Shown: in pieces, positions 22,344 to 32,067 of the stretch
How positions within the stretch are numbered: the stretch's first letter is position 1
Layout: each line of letters begins with the position of its first letter
The notes under the pieces: generated by a model
What the model saw: only the letters and a program-made list of their open reading frames with translations
What the model was told of the DNA's origin: nothing
Databases searched by the model: none
Position numbers and translations under genes: made by a program
From: Granulicella sp.
GTDB lineage: Bacteria > Acidobacteriota > Terriglobia > Terriglobales > Acidobacteriaceae
Direction of reading: 5' to 3'
DNA: 64,000 bases
Assembly (NCBI GenBank): GCA_027339965.1
Contig: DAHWNL010000014.1
Coordinates: forward strand, 1 to 64,000

Positions 22344-22880
22344 ATGAGACTCTGCCAGCCGCCGAAGGCTTGTCTTCTCCCCGCGTTGCTGGGGGAGCTG
22401 ATGTTGGTCCTCTGCGGCTGCCGGCCGGCCACGGTTCAGAATGCTCAGCAGGCTCAGGCCCAACTGCAGATTGAACGCGAGGAGATTGAGCAGATACCGC
22501 CTCCCGCCAAAAGCACCTTCATGACGGTGCATAGCTTTGATAGTTGGCAGAATCCGGTTCTGACCATCGAGCCCAGCATGCTCGAACTGCATGTTCTGCT
22601 GAGCGATGCCAACACCACCTCGATCGGCGCCGGAGGCATGTTTCGCCCGATCAACGCCCGCCGCCAGGAGGCTGCCATCCGCATCTCTTCTCTGGGCGAG
22701 GCGATGAGCTCGATTCCACGCTCCTGCTGGCCCTACGGCCGGGTGGTGGCGGTGGAAGAGGCCCACAACACCCCGGCCGGCGCAGAGCCCGCCGTGCGCC
22801 GCAACATGGAACTCGCCATCAGCAAGCTCAATGACCTTGGCGTTGTGGTCTATGACCTGAGCAGCGGAAAGGTCCAGTAA
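22344..22880 (+). CDS. Hypothetical lipoprotein
   Basis: Hydrophobic leader ending LCGC; -10-like TATTCT 6 nt before ATG 22344; WQNP and WPYGRVVAVEE segments. Confidence 0.7.
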   Translation: MRLCQPPKACLLPALLGELMLVLCGCRPATVQNAQQAQAQLQIEREEIEQIPPPAKSTFMTVHSFDSWQNPVLTIEPSMLELHVLLSDANTTSIGAGGMFRPINARRQEAAIRISSLGEAMSSIPRSCWPYGRVVAVEEAHNTPAGAEPAVRRNMELAISKLNDLGVVVYDLSSGKVQ

Positions 22881-22941
22881 GACGAGGCGCGAGCGGCGCT
22901 GCCAGGAGGGTTTTGTCCCGTGCAGACGGTACAATCAATCT

Positions 22942-23871
22942 ATGATCAAAGGCCTTACAGCGGTGGCGCAGGTAGCCTCAGAGGCTGAGTTCGACCAACT
23001 TGCGGAGCTGTTGGAAGCTTTGGGTTTCGAGCGGGGGAGGGGCTGGAGCTATGACACCGGAGCGCAAGCCCTTGGCTCCGGTGTGGCCAGGGGCGCGCCC
23101 TTTCTGGCTCCGCTGGGAAACCTGGAACTGGTCTACGGCCGGCGGCCGGCCGAGCCTCTTCTGCTGATCGAGGTGACGGCTCTCGACCAGATCCATGCCA
23201 TGGTCAAGGCGTGGCTGACTGAACGCCGGCGAAGCCAAGGGTATGGCGGCGAGATTTCAGAACCGGCGCTGACGGACTGGAATGCCAGGCTCTTCACGGT
23301 GGAACTTTATCCCGGTCTTCGGGTTGGCTTCTGGCAGTCTGAGAACCCTTGGCACAGTCGCCCCGTGGCGGTGGAAGGCGATCTGTCAGCGGCGGGCAGG
23401 CGATTCGCCATTATAGTCGCGCGCTGGAATGCAGTGATTACCGACCGGCTTCTCCAAGGGGCGCTGGACGCCTTCTTGCGCAGTGGCTGTGCGCGAGAGG
23501 ATATCGAGATCGTCCGTGTTCCCGGCGCCTGGGAGATTCCCTCGGCAGCCCGCGCCCTGGCCGAGACAGGCCGCTTTGCCGCGGTCGTCGCGCTGGGAGT
23601 GCTGCTGCGTGGAGAGACGGCTCACTATGAGGCCATCTATAACGAAGTTGCCCGCGGCATTGGCCAGTCGCAGCAGGAGACGGGCATTCCTCACGCCTTC
23701 GGCGTGCTTACCTGCGAGACCTTGGAACAGGCTTTGGACCGCGCGGGGGTAAAGTCCGGCAACAAGGGCTTTGAGGCTGGCATTGCAGCCATCGAGATGG
23801 CCTCGCTGCATGCAAAATTGCAATCCGAGGGGCACGTTTCCTCCGCATCTGCGGCCCAGGCCGGCTCCTGA
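22942..23871 (+). CDS. ribH: 6,7-dimethyl-8-ribityllumazine synthase with N-terminal VOC-like domain
   Basis: C-terminal half has ARWN, VPGAWEIP, GETAHYE, ALDRAG and GNKG; coupled to nusB; ~140-aa N-terminal extension. Confidence 0.93.
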   Translation: MIKGLTAVAQVASEAEFDQLAELLEALGFERGRGWSYDTGAQALGSGVARGAPFLAPLGNLELVYGRRPAEPLLLIEVTALDQIHAMVKAWLTERRRSQGYGGEISEPALTDWNARLFTVELYPGLRVGFWQSENPWHSRPVAVEGDLSAAGRRFAIIVARWNAVITDRLLQGALDAFLRSGCAREDIEIVRVPGAWEIPSAARALAETGRFAAVVALGVLLRGETAHYEAIYNEVARGIGQSQQETGIPHAFGVLTCETLEQALDRAGVKSGNKGFEAGIAAIEMASLHAKLQSEGHVSSASAAQAGS

Positions 23872-24371
23872 TGGGTACCCGCCGCAAGTCACGTGAGTTG
23901 GCTATGCAGATGCTCTTCCAGGGCGACCTGGGCAAGCAGAAGCCGGAGGAGGTGGAGCGGCTGTTCTGGGCCTCTCGCGAAGACGTGGATGAGGAGACCC
24001 GAGGGTTTGCCGACGATTTGCATCGCTTGGCCACTCAGCGCAAGGAAGATGTCGACGCGATGATTCAAAAGCATGCCCAGAACTGGCGTGTGGAGCGCAT
24101 GCCCGTAGTGGATCGGAATCTGTTGCGAAGTGCTGTGGCGGAGATGCTGGGATATCCGACGACGCCGGCCGCGGTGATCATCAATGAGACGTTGGAGATT
24201 GCGCGCCGCTATGCGGCCCCCGAGAGCCTCCACTTCCTCAATGGCGTGCTGGATGCAGTTGGCCGCGAGCTTCTGGAGTCCAGGCTGAACGCAAACGGCA
24301 GAGTGTACAGTGCGGGGCCTGGCCTTCCTGCGCGAGGCGCTGGATCCCATTTCGGACGCAAGACGCCCTGA
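23871..24371 (+). CDS. nusB: Transcription antitermination factor NusB
   Basis: RRKSRELAMQMLFQ, WRVERMPVVDRNLLR, INE and FLNGVLD; TGATG coupling to ribH. Confidence 0.96.
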   Translation: MGTRRKSRELAMQMLFQGDLGKQKPEEVERLFWASREDVDEETRGFADDLHRLATQRKEDVDAMIQKHAQNWRVERMPVVDRNLLRSAVAEMLGYPTTPAAVIINETLEIARRYAAPESLHFLNGVLDAVGRELLESRLNANGRVYSAGPGLPARGAGSHFGRKTP

Positions 24372-24501
24372 GGTAGCGAGTCAGGGCAAAGCAGGCGTTC
24401 CCCTTGCGGGACGGCCTGCGGAGCTTGCGTGCATGCGGTCTGGAATGCAGAGAGATGAAGGGGACGCAAGCGCGGGCTGCCACAGTATAGAATCGGCAAT
24501 C

Positions 24502-25050
24502 ATGGAGCCGAAAGATCCTAAGGCGAAACCACCCTCTGAGGCGCCTCTGTTCTCAGACCCGCTGCCGAAGCGCAGCTTCCCTGCGACCGCGGTTGCCGTC
24601 GCTGCGGTGGCGGTGACGCTTTTGGCCATCTTCTTCGTGCTGATGGGCCGGAGGAGCCAGCCCTCGCCTGCACCCAAAACGCTGCTTCCCGAGGCTGCTT
24701 ACGCGGTCCACCTGCCGCTCACGGGTTTGCGGATGAGCGACTCCAGCAGCATGTCCGGCGGCAGGCAGATCTACCTGGAGGGCCATATTGCCAATCACGG
24801 CGATCGCACGGTGACCGGGGTGACCGTGCAGGTGGTCTTCGCCAATGATGTTGCCATGCCTCCACAGATCGAGACCACGCCTTTAAGCCTGATCTACATG
24901 CAGCAGCCGTATGTGGACAGCCACCCTTTGAGCGCCTCTCCGCTGGGGCCGGGCGCAGAGGGCGATTTCCGGCTGATCTTTGAGGACATCAGCGAGAACT
25001 GGAACCAGCAGCTTCCCATGGTTCGCATCATCCAGGTAGAGACTCGTTAA
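24502..25050 (+). CDS. Membrane-anchored hypothetical protein (DUF2393-like)
   Basis: Single TM followed by a beta-rich domain (YLEGHIANHGDRTVTGVTVQVVF...FRLIFE..SENWNQQLP); TAGAAT 8 nt before the ATG. Confidence 0.7.
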   Translation: MEPKDPKAKPPSEAPLFSDPLPKRSFPATAVAVAAVAVTLLAIFFVLMGRRSQPSPAPKTLLPEAAYAVHLPLTGLRMSDSSSMSGGRQIYLEGHIANHGDRTVTGVTVQVVFANDVAMPPQIETTPLSLIYMQQPYVDSHPLSASPLGPGAEGDFRLIFEDISENWNQQLPMVRIIQVETR

Positions 25051-25244
25051 ATATTCCTTCATGCCGGTGTCGCCCAGTATTCCCGTCTCGAGGGGTGTTT
25101 TATCCAGCGCCGAGGTCTTCAGCCGGATGGCGTGCCGGCTGGGAATGAGAACGCCACAGCAAGCCCGCTGCGGGAATCCATCAATTCGGAAGAGCCGCAG
25201 GAGGTGCGCTGCGCGGCTCTTCCGCGACCGGGGGGGTCGCGTGT

Positions 25245-26078
25245 CTACTCGCGAGCTGCCGCGTAAAGGGCCAAGAGCCTTTCCAGGGTGGGCCGCAGAA
25301 GCTTCAGGTGCAAGGCATTGGCTCCGTCGGATTTAGCTTCGGCGGGGTTTTCGTGGACCTCCAGGAAGACGCCGTCCACGCCGGCTGCTACAGCGGAGCG
25401 CGCTAGCACGGGGATGAACTCCGGTTGGCCGCCGGAGACGCCTTGACCGCCGCTGGGCGTCTGCACGGAGTGGGTGGCATCAAAGATAACCGGGGCGAAC
25501 TGGCGCATGATGGGGAGGGAACGCATGTCCACCACCAGGTTGTTGTAGCCAAAGCTGGTTCCCCGCTCGGTCAGCGAGACGCGCTGGTTACCGGAGTCGC
25601 GTAGCTTCTCCACGGCGTGGCGCATGTCCCAGGGCGCCACAAACTGCCCCTTTTTTACATTGATGGGCCGGGAGGTCTGGGCGGCGGCGATGAGCAGGTC
25701 CGTCTGCCGGCATAGAAAGGCGGGAATCTGCAGCATGGCGTCGACCGGCCCCAGAGCCACGCTGGCCTGCGAGCACTGCTCCGGGGTGTGAACATCGGTG
25801 AGGATAGGCAGATGGTGGGATTCGGCCACCCGTCGCAGAATCCGGCAGCCCTCGCTCAGACCGGGCCCGCGGAAGCTGCGGATGGAGGTTCGGTTGGCCT
25901 TGTCGTAGCTGGCTTTGAAGATATACGGGATGTTCAGGTCCGCAGTGATGCGCTGGATGGCGTCGGCCAAGGTTCGGGCGTGCAGTTCGGACTCAAGCAC
26001 ACACGGCCCCGCGATGAGAAAGAGCCGGCCGCCGCCCACGCGGACGTTTCCGAAAGTGAAGCTGGAAGAGTGAGGCAT
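25245..26078 (-). CDS. kdsA: 3-deoxy-8-phosphooctulonate (KDO8P) synthase
   Basis: IAGPCVLES, KASYDKANRTS, QIPAFLCRQTDL, KKGQF, ERG and DATHSVQ. Confidence 0.97.
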   Translation of the reverse strand: MPHSSSFTFGNVRVGGGRLFLIAGPCVLESELHARTLADAIQRITADLNIPYIFKASYDKANRTSIRSFRGPGLSEGCRILRRVAESHHLPILTDVHTPEQCSQASVALGPVDAMLQIPAFLCRQTDLLIAAAQTSRPINVKKGQFVAPWDMRHAVEKLRDSGNQRVSLTERGTSFGYNNLVVDMRSLPIMRQFAPVIFDATHSVQTPSGGQGVSGGQPEFIPVLARSAVAAGVDGVFLEVHENPAEAKSDGANALHLKLLRPTLERLLALYAAARE

Positions 26079-26271
26079 AGGCCTAGGATAGATCCATCCC
26101 ATGGTGGATGGGGACTAGAGCGGGCGGGCAGAGACCGCCGCCCCGGTCTGCGCGTTGCGATGCTCTGCCTCACGACCTGCTTTCCACGCTGTTTTGCGTC
26201 TCTTGTCTTTCTTCGGAGCGCAGACAAGTACAAGCGATGCGCACGGAGTCAGCAGAGCCGCCCAGGCGCGC

Positions 26272-26304
26272 AAAAAGCGACGCCCGGATGGCAGCCGGGC
26301 GTCG
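26272..26304 (-). terminator. Rho-independent terminator after the beta-propeller gene pair
   Basis: 10-bp stem CGACGCCCGG/CCGGGCGTCG followed by a T run on the minus strand. Confidence 0.8.
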
Positions 26305-26341
26305 TGGGTGAGGGGTTCAGGATCGCTGCGCTGAAGTGACG

Positions 26342-27637
26342 TCAGGGCTGGGTCTCTTGGACGGCATTGGGTCCGTTGGGCACCGACGTTAGGCAGATGG
26401 GCTGCGTCTGCGAAGGGAAGAAAACGGTGGGAACGGCCGAGAGGGCTCCGGTATCCGGATTAAGCTGGCCTCCCGAGAGACTGGCATCCAGGTAGTTCGA
26501 GGTGTAAATATAAAGGCCCAGCGCGGGATCCACGGTTACGCAGGTTGGGCCAGTCTGGACGGCGAAGTTGCTTCCGGCGGTAGCGCCCAGCGCCCCGGTG
26601 CTAAGGTTGAGACTGTAAGAACTCACTGATTGGGAATCGAAGTTCGTTACGTACACATACTTGCCACGCGGATCGATGGTGATGCCGTCCGGATACTGCC
26701 CTGAAGGATAGGGGCTGGTGACCAGGCCGACCAACTCGCCGGTGGTGCTGTTGTCAATCTGATAGCCGATGACCTCATTCTGGAGCTCATCGGTGATATA
26801 CACGTACTTGCCGGTGGGATCAATGGCGATGGAGCTGGGCAAGACACCGGCGTTATACCCGCCCAGGGAGTTCACATTCGCCGTGATAGGCACCAGATTT
26901 CCGTTGGAAGGATTCTGCACAAAGCCAAGAATAGTGGGCTTTGCGGCCGCCTGCTCCTGGTCGACCACGTAGACGAAGGTATTCGTGTAGCCGTTGTTTG
27001 CGGGGCTGTTGGAGCCCAGAATGATACAGTTGGGGCTGGTGAGCCCGCTCACGGAGCTTGGGATTGCCGGCGTGCTGGTGCAGGTAGGCGGGGAGACTGC
27101 GATGGCAACCGGCTGGTTGCCTACATTCACCTCGGATGGAGTGCCCAGGGTGCCGTCTGGTTTGATGGGAAAGATGACCACGCCGCCGGGACCGGGAGAA
27201 GCTGTCGAGTAGCCAGGCTGATAGCTGAAGGTGACGTACAAATAGGTTCCTGTGCTGTCAACGGCAGCCGCGGTGGGGGAAGTATCGTTATTGGGCAGAT
27301 CCGGCGTAGCCTCGCCATACAGCTTGCCGTCGGAGCCTACCGCCATCACCTCCAGGCTGGCATCCTGGCTGCCGCCGATCACATAAACGGTCTTGCCGCT
27401 GTGGCCGGCCACGATGGTGGAGGGATTGGTGAGGTTGGTGGCGAATGGAGAATCGCTGATCTGGGTGAGAACACCGGTCTGGTAGTCGACCCCGTAGGCG
27501 CTGACCTGGCCGCTGCTGTTCGAGACGGCATACACGTAGTCCGAGGTGTAGTCACGGATGCAAGCGGTAGTTCCAAATCCGATTGCCAAAGAGACGGCGA
27601 CGACCTTGGCAGTACGGAGAGTTGTCTTCAACTTCAT
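26342..27637 (-). CDS. Lactonase-family beta-propeller lipoprotein
   Basis: Lipobox TTAC; repeated P..(I/V)..DP.GKY(V/L)Y blades. Confidence 0.8.
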   Translation of the reverse strand: MKLKTTLRTAKVVAVSLAIGFGTTACIRDYTSDYVYAVSNSSGQVSAYGVDYQTGVLTQISDSPFATNLTNPSTIVAGHSGKTVYVIGGSQDASLEVMAVGSDGKLYGEATPDLPNNDTSPTAAAVDSTGTYLYVTFSYQPGYSTASPGPGGVVIFPIKPDGTLGTPSEVNVGNQPVAIAVSPPTCTSTPAIPSSVSGLTSPNCIILGSNSPANNGYTNTFVYVVDQEQAAAKPTILGFVQNPSNGNLVPITANVNSLGGYNAGVLPSSIAIDPTGKYVYITDELQNEVIGYQIDNSTTGELVGLVTSPYPSGQYPDGITIDPRGKYVYVTNFDSQSVSSYSLNLSTGALGATAGSNFAVQTGPTCVTVDPALGLYIYTSNYLDASLSGGQLNPDTGALSAVPTVFFPSQTQPICLTSVPNGPNAVQETQP

Positions 27638-27767
27638 GCGTTTCCCTTATACCGGGTATCGATCCGGGGGCATCGATCGGCCCGTTTTGAATGCCGGCCC
27701 AGGGGCCGGAGTGTAAACTCTGCCGGAAGTCCCATAAGGGCTCTTCCGGTAACGTCGAAGATCGCAG

Positions 27768-29054
27768 CTAAGCGATCGCGCCGCTGACGACCAAGCAACT
27801 AGCCTTGCCAACTGTGGGAAACGTCGATCCCTTGGTGAGATCCGAGAGCTCGCCGGTAGCGGGGTTGAGCTGGAAGCCGGTCACCGTCCCAGCAGTGTAG
27901 TTGGATGTGTAGATGTACTGATTGCTCGGATCCTCGACGATGCAGGTTGGACCGGAGCCGACCGGATAGGGCGATCCGACGATCGGCTCCAGCTCCTGGT
28001 TGGTCGGGTTGATGGTCATGGCGGACAGATCACTGTAAGCAACGCTGGGCAGCGTGCTCGAGTTCGAGAAGTTCGAGACGTAGAGATAAGCCTTGGTGCT
28101 TTCGACCAGCGAATAGTCTGGATCCTGGGTGCCGGGGAAGAAGTTGGCCAGGCTGGTGAAGCCGCCGTTGAGCGCGGTCAAATCGCATGCGCTGGTCGAG
28201 TTGTATCCGTAAAGCACGTTGCTGGCCGCATCGGTGAGGAAGATGTAGCTATCCGCGCCGTTGATCGACGTGATGTTGGTGGCGACACCGGGCGTTGACT
28301 GGTTAATGGCGATGTTCCCGGTGACGGTGTACAGCAACTGGCCGCTGCTGGCCTGGATCTGAAAGGGCGTGATGGTCTGCTGACCGTTGGCGTTAGTTCC
28401 CGCATTCACGGTATAAATGCAGCTTCCCAGCGTCTTGGACATGACGGGAGAGGCTCCAACCTCCCAGAAAGGGAGGTTGACCGCATTGATCTGGGTTTGC
28501 GTATTGGTCACCAAAGTCAAGCGGCCGGTGTTGGGGTCGGACTGAAAGACAGTAATCGAGCCGTTACCATCCGTGTTGGGTCCGTTGTAGAGCAGTGGGT
28601 TCGAACCCACTCCAGGGGCGTACTCGTCGAGAACCATCAGATAGTTGCCGCTGGAGTCCATCTGCGCCCACTTGGATACGTACCCTTCACTCTGATACGA
28701 CTGCTGAAACGTCAGGATCCCGTCGCCGCCCACACTGTATTCGGCAATCGTCTGGCCCGCGCCGCGTCCCTGGGCGCTGCCACCCACGCCCTGATTGATG
28801 ATATAGACGTACCTTCCGCCTGCTCGGACCAGGATCGCCACCGGCACGGAACCCTCGGTCGCCCATGGCGAGCCTACAACCGATGTGAGGTTGCCCGAGT
28901 ATTGATCTATCTTGAACCCGGCGACCTGGTTATATTCCTGTCCGATGACCCACATATAACCGATGGTGCCGACGGAGCAGGATGTTGTTCCCAGACCCAA
29001 AGCCAACGATGCGAACAAGGCCAACGACCAACGGCCAATGAAACTCAACTTCAT
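27768..29054 (-). CDS. Lactonase-family beta-propeller lipoprotein (paralogue)
   Basis: Lipobox TTSC; blade repeats; shares GPTC...DP...YIYTSNY...G.QLNP.TG.LS with the downstream paralogue. Confidence 0.8.
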   Translation of the reverse strand: MKLSFIGRWSLALFASLALGLGTTSCSVGTIGYMWVIGQEYNQVAGFKIDQYSGNLTSVVGSPWATEGSVPVAILVRAGGRYVYIINQGVGGSAQGRGAGQTIAEYSVGGDGILTFQQSYQSEGYVSKWAQMDSSGNYLMVLDEYAPGVGSNPLLYNGPNTDGNGSITVFQSDPNTGRLTLVTNTQTQINAVNLPFWEVGASPVMSKTLGSCIYTVNAGTNANGQQTITPFQIQASSGQLLYTVTGNIAINQSTPGVATNITSINGADSYIFLTDAASNVLYGYNSTSACDLTALNGGFTSLANFFPGTQDPDYSLVESTKAYLYVSNFSNSSTLPSVAYSDLSAMTINPTNQELEPIVGSPYPVGSGPTCIVEDPSNQYIYTSNYTAGTVTGFQLNPATGELSDLTKGSTFPTVGKASCLVVSGAIA

Positions 29055-29143
29055 GCGCTTCCTTTTTCACCCGTCCGGGATTTGCCGACATGGCTTGGCC
29101 AACGGGCAGAACTGCGTTCAGAGAGAGTACAAACCTTGACCTG

Positions 29144-29173
29144 ATTGTAGAGGGTAGCGCAGTTTTACGCCAA
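29144..29173 (-). promoter_or_regulatory. Putative sigma70 promoter of the beta-propeller pair
   Basis: TTGGCG-18 nt-TACAAT on the minus strand, ~90 nt upstream of ATG 29054. Confidence 0.5.
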
Positions 29174-29563
29174 TCTTCAGCGCAGGTATTTCGCCCATTT
29201 TTGTGACGCCTCTGCCCGCACCGCTATCCCGGCCGCGGGAGAAGGCTTGCAGGGTGCGGTTTTACCAGCCGAGGAGACAGAGGCCGCAGGCGGGGCAAAT
29301 TTCGGGATCGCGGTGCGGGTAGGAGCCAATGCGCGCCTTCGGAAGGAGATGCGGGACGCGGCTGGACTCGATCGCCTTGCCCTTGGCGGCGGATCTCAAC
29401 CATCTCACAGAGCGGTGGCGCTGGATGCGCATCCCTTGCCCGAAGCGGGTTGGCGAAGACGCGCCGAAGCGGTTGGCCACACTCAGCAGCAGGTCCATCT
29501 CAGCGCGGAGGGATGCCGACGATGGGTTGCCGGCGGGCCGAAATTGTCTTCGATCATGAGTAT

Positions 29564-30649
29564 TTAGAAGATCTTCAGACGGATGACCAGATACTTCTTG
29601 GGATCTTTGCGTATAGCGGCGACCAGGTCCGAGCTGGAGGTAAGCAGGGTATTCAGGTTCTGGTAGGCCTTCTCGTTGGTGGCCATCTGGCCCAGCGTCC
29701 CTTTCCCGGAGTTTACGTTGGTTAGCAGAAGGTCAAGTTGCGAGACCGCGTGATCGAGCCGGTGCGCAAAGGCCTGATCTTTCATCATCAGACCCAGAGC
29801 TCCCTGGCCGGCGTCGGTCTGGGCCAGCAGAGCGTTGGCGTGCGCCAGGGTCGAGTTCAGGTTGTTGTACAGGGTATCGTCCTGGAGTAGCTTTCCAGCC
29901 GTGCCTTGGCCCTCTTCGAGTCTGCCTGCAAGGTCATCCAGCCGGCCCACGGTCTGGTTCAATCGGTCGTAAAGCTGATCGTCGTGCAGCAGTTTGCCCA
30001 TCGATCCCTGGCCGCTGTTCAGATGCTGGAGCAGGATCTGGAGCTGAGTCAGGGTGGCAGTGAGCCGGTTGTACATCTCCGGATCGTTGAACACTTTGCC
30101 GGCGGTTCCAACGCCATTCTGCATTCGGGCGGCGATCAGGTTCAACCTGGCCATCACCGCATCAAAGCTCTCAATGGTGTTTTGGCTGGATCGCACCACA
30201 TCGTTCATGCTGGGGGTCTCCACAGACTGGAGCACGTCTCCATCGCGCAGCGCCGGCCCCACAGCCGTGCGGCTGTTGATGTCCACCACTGTATCCCCAA
30301 GCACGCCGACGGTGGAGAGCGATACCTTGGAATCGGTGTGGATGCCTTTGCGGAAGCGCGGATTGAGCTTCATGATGACCTCCACCGGGGTCTCCCGATA
30401 AGCGGGATCGGATGTCAGGATGACGGACTTCACCTCACCGATGGTGACCCCTTCCAGCCCCACCGGGGCTCCTGACTTCAGCCCATTGGCGTTGGCGAAG
30501 TAAGCTCGGGCGGAGATCCTGTGGCTGAACAGGCTCAGCCCGGAGGCGTTGGTCATCAGGATCAGCAGGGCGCACAGCAGGGTCACGGAGACCAGGACGA
30601 TCAGCCCAACCTTTAGCTGTGACCACTTCACTTCCTGCTGGCTGGGCAT
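29564..30649 (-). CDS. MlaD/MCE family protein
   Basis: N-terminal TM; FANANGLKSGAPV.LEGVTIGEV, GVLGD..VDI, then repeated G.G(T/S).GKL helical units. Confidence 0.9.
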   Translation of the reverse strand: MPSQQEVKWSQLKVGLIVLVSVTLLCALLILMTNASGLSLFSHRISARAYFANANGLKSGAPVGLEGVTIGEVKSVILTSDPAYRETPVEVIMKLNPRFRKGIHTDSKVSLSTVGVLGDTVVDINSRTAVGPALRDGDVLQSVETPSMNDVVRSSQNTIESFDAVMARLNLIAARMQNGVGTAGKVFNDPEMYNRLTATLTQLQILLQHLNSGQGSMGKLLHDDQLYDRLNQTVGRLDDLAGRLEEGQGTAGKLLQDDTLYNNLNSTLAHANALLAQTDAGQGALGLMMKDQAFAHRLDHAVSQLDLLLTNVNSGKGTLGQMATNEKAYQNLNTLLTSSSDLVAAIRKDPKKYLVIRLKIF

Positions 30650-30902
30650 CGAACTCCTCGAAGATCTCTGATGAATGACGCCGACAGGCGGGTGCCGCGG
30701 ACGGAAACTGCGCAGCGGATGGTTTCATCCTAACAGCGCCTTGGGGGTTGGCTCCATCTGCCGGAGGGGACGCGTTTGCGGGGCAACTGCTTTCTGGCTT
30801 GATTCTTGGATGCAGCGCCGGCGCAATTTGATGCCGCCCGGATGGGGCCGGAGGTTCCGGGTGCCGGCTTCGCACCGCGCAGGCTGTCTATGCCTGCATG
30901 TC

Positions 30903-31283
30903 TCAGCCTTCGGCAACCACCGTGGCGATGGCCAAGCCCCGAGAGTGCGCCAGGGTGAGGGAGATGCGGCAAACGCCTAGTTGGGCGGCTATCTCAGCGG
31001 CCCGGCCGCTGAGATGCAACTCAGGACGCCGGCCGGGAAGACGGCGCACCTCCAACTCCCGCCAGCTCACTCCGCGGCTGATGCCTGTGCCCAACGCCTT
31101 TGCCCCGGCCTCCTTGGCCGCAAACCGCGCCGCCAGACTCTCGGCAGCGTTTCTCTTCTTCAGCCGGCAATAGGCGATCTCCGCAGGGGTAAACACACGT
31201 TCCAAAAAGGCATCGCCGAACCTGGCCACGGCTTGAGCGATTCGCTCGATCTCCACCAGATCGGATCCGAGTCCGATGACCAC
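30903..31283 (-). CDS. acpS: Holo-[acyl-carrier-protein] synthase
   Basis: [31 protein letters not shown] and [11 protein letters not shown] start with AGGAGG ribosome-binding site. Confidence 0.95.
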   Translation of the reverse strand: MVIGLGSDLVEIERIAQAVARFGDAFLERVFTPAEIAYCRLKKRNAAESLAARFAAKEAGAKALGTGISRGVSWRELEVRRLPGRRPELHLSGRAAEIAAQLGVCRISLTLAHSRGLAIATVVAEG

Positions 31284-31472
31284 GTCTTCCTCCTCCTGGC
31301 TCCCTTTTGAGTGTAGCGGCCCCGCCCGGCGCCGCGGGGCGCAGGCCCGGTCTTCCCAGCGACGGTATCCGGGTAGGATCCTTTGGCTTGCGCCTTCTCG
31401 TAGCAGCTTGCGACACTTTTCACGTGCGGTAGCTGTTGTCCGATAATTCCGGCAGGGGTAAATGAAGTGGCC

Positions 31473-31892
31473 ATGATGCCGTCCGAATTCAGCAACCAAC
31501 CGGATCCGCTTCTCTCTGCAGTTTCGATCCCTATGATCGAACTTCGCGGACACACCTACGAGAGCCACCGTGAATTCCTCCCCGCTCTGCTGGAGACGAT
31601 GTCCGGCTGTGGCTGCTGGCTTCTGGATCAGCGCGCCCTTTCGCCCACCACCACGATACTGACCTTCGAACTTCCGCTGCGCGGGGTCTTTGAGATGTAC
31701 GGTGGACTGCTCAGCTCCGGGGTCAATCTCTCCCGAGACAGTCATATCTGCATGAAAAGTCTCTGCACGGTGCGCGATCACAATCCTCACAAGGCCATGC
31801 GCCGCCGCATCCTCACGGTGCGGCTTGACCTCAGCTTCCTGCAAGAGTCAAGCTCGGCTCACGCGGCCCGAGCCGCCACGGGCCATGCATGA
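31473..31892 (+). CDS. Hypothetical protein
   Basis: ~140-aa ORF divergent from acpS, filling the intergenic gap; globular composition. Confidence 0.6.
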   Translation: MMPSEFSNQPDPLLSAVSIPMIELRGHTYESHREFLPALLETMSGCGCWLLDQRALSPTTTILTFELPLRGVFEMYGGLLSSGVNLSRDSHICMKSLCTVRDHNPHKAMRRRILTVRLDLSFLQESSSAHAARAATGHA

Positions 31893-32067
31893 GAGCGTGG
31901 CATCCGGGCTGAAGCCAGCCGCCCTCAGAAGGGCGTGAGAAGGAGGCCAGAGGCAGCGGATGACAGCTCCAAGCGGGGCAGAAGAGCCCTCCCGCCGGCA
32001 TTCATCCCCCCCCGCCGGACGGGGGTAACGCGATCCGGCAACACGGGCGCTGAGATAGACTTGAACG

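Noticed and set aside
21835..22344. 169-aa ORF in the intergenic region
   Set aside because: No motif or ribosome-binding site and atypical composition; region kept only as an unexplained spacer.
22880..22941. FMN riboswitch before ribH
   Set aside because: Only ~60 bp of spacer, no RFN consensus, and an apparently leaderless start.
29155..29175. Sigma54 promoter TTGGCG...TGC
   Set aside because: GG-to-GC spacing is 9 rather than 10; a sigma70 reading fits better.
31284..31844. Long N-terminal extension of AcpS (313-aa ORF)
   Set aside because: It overlaps the opposite-strand gene, and a strong ribosome-binding site precedes GTG 31283.
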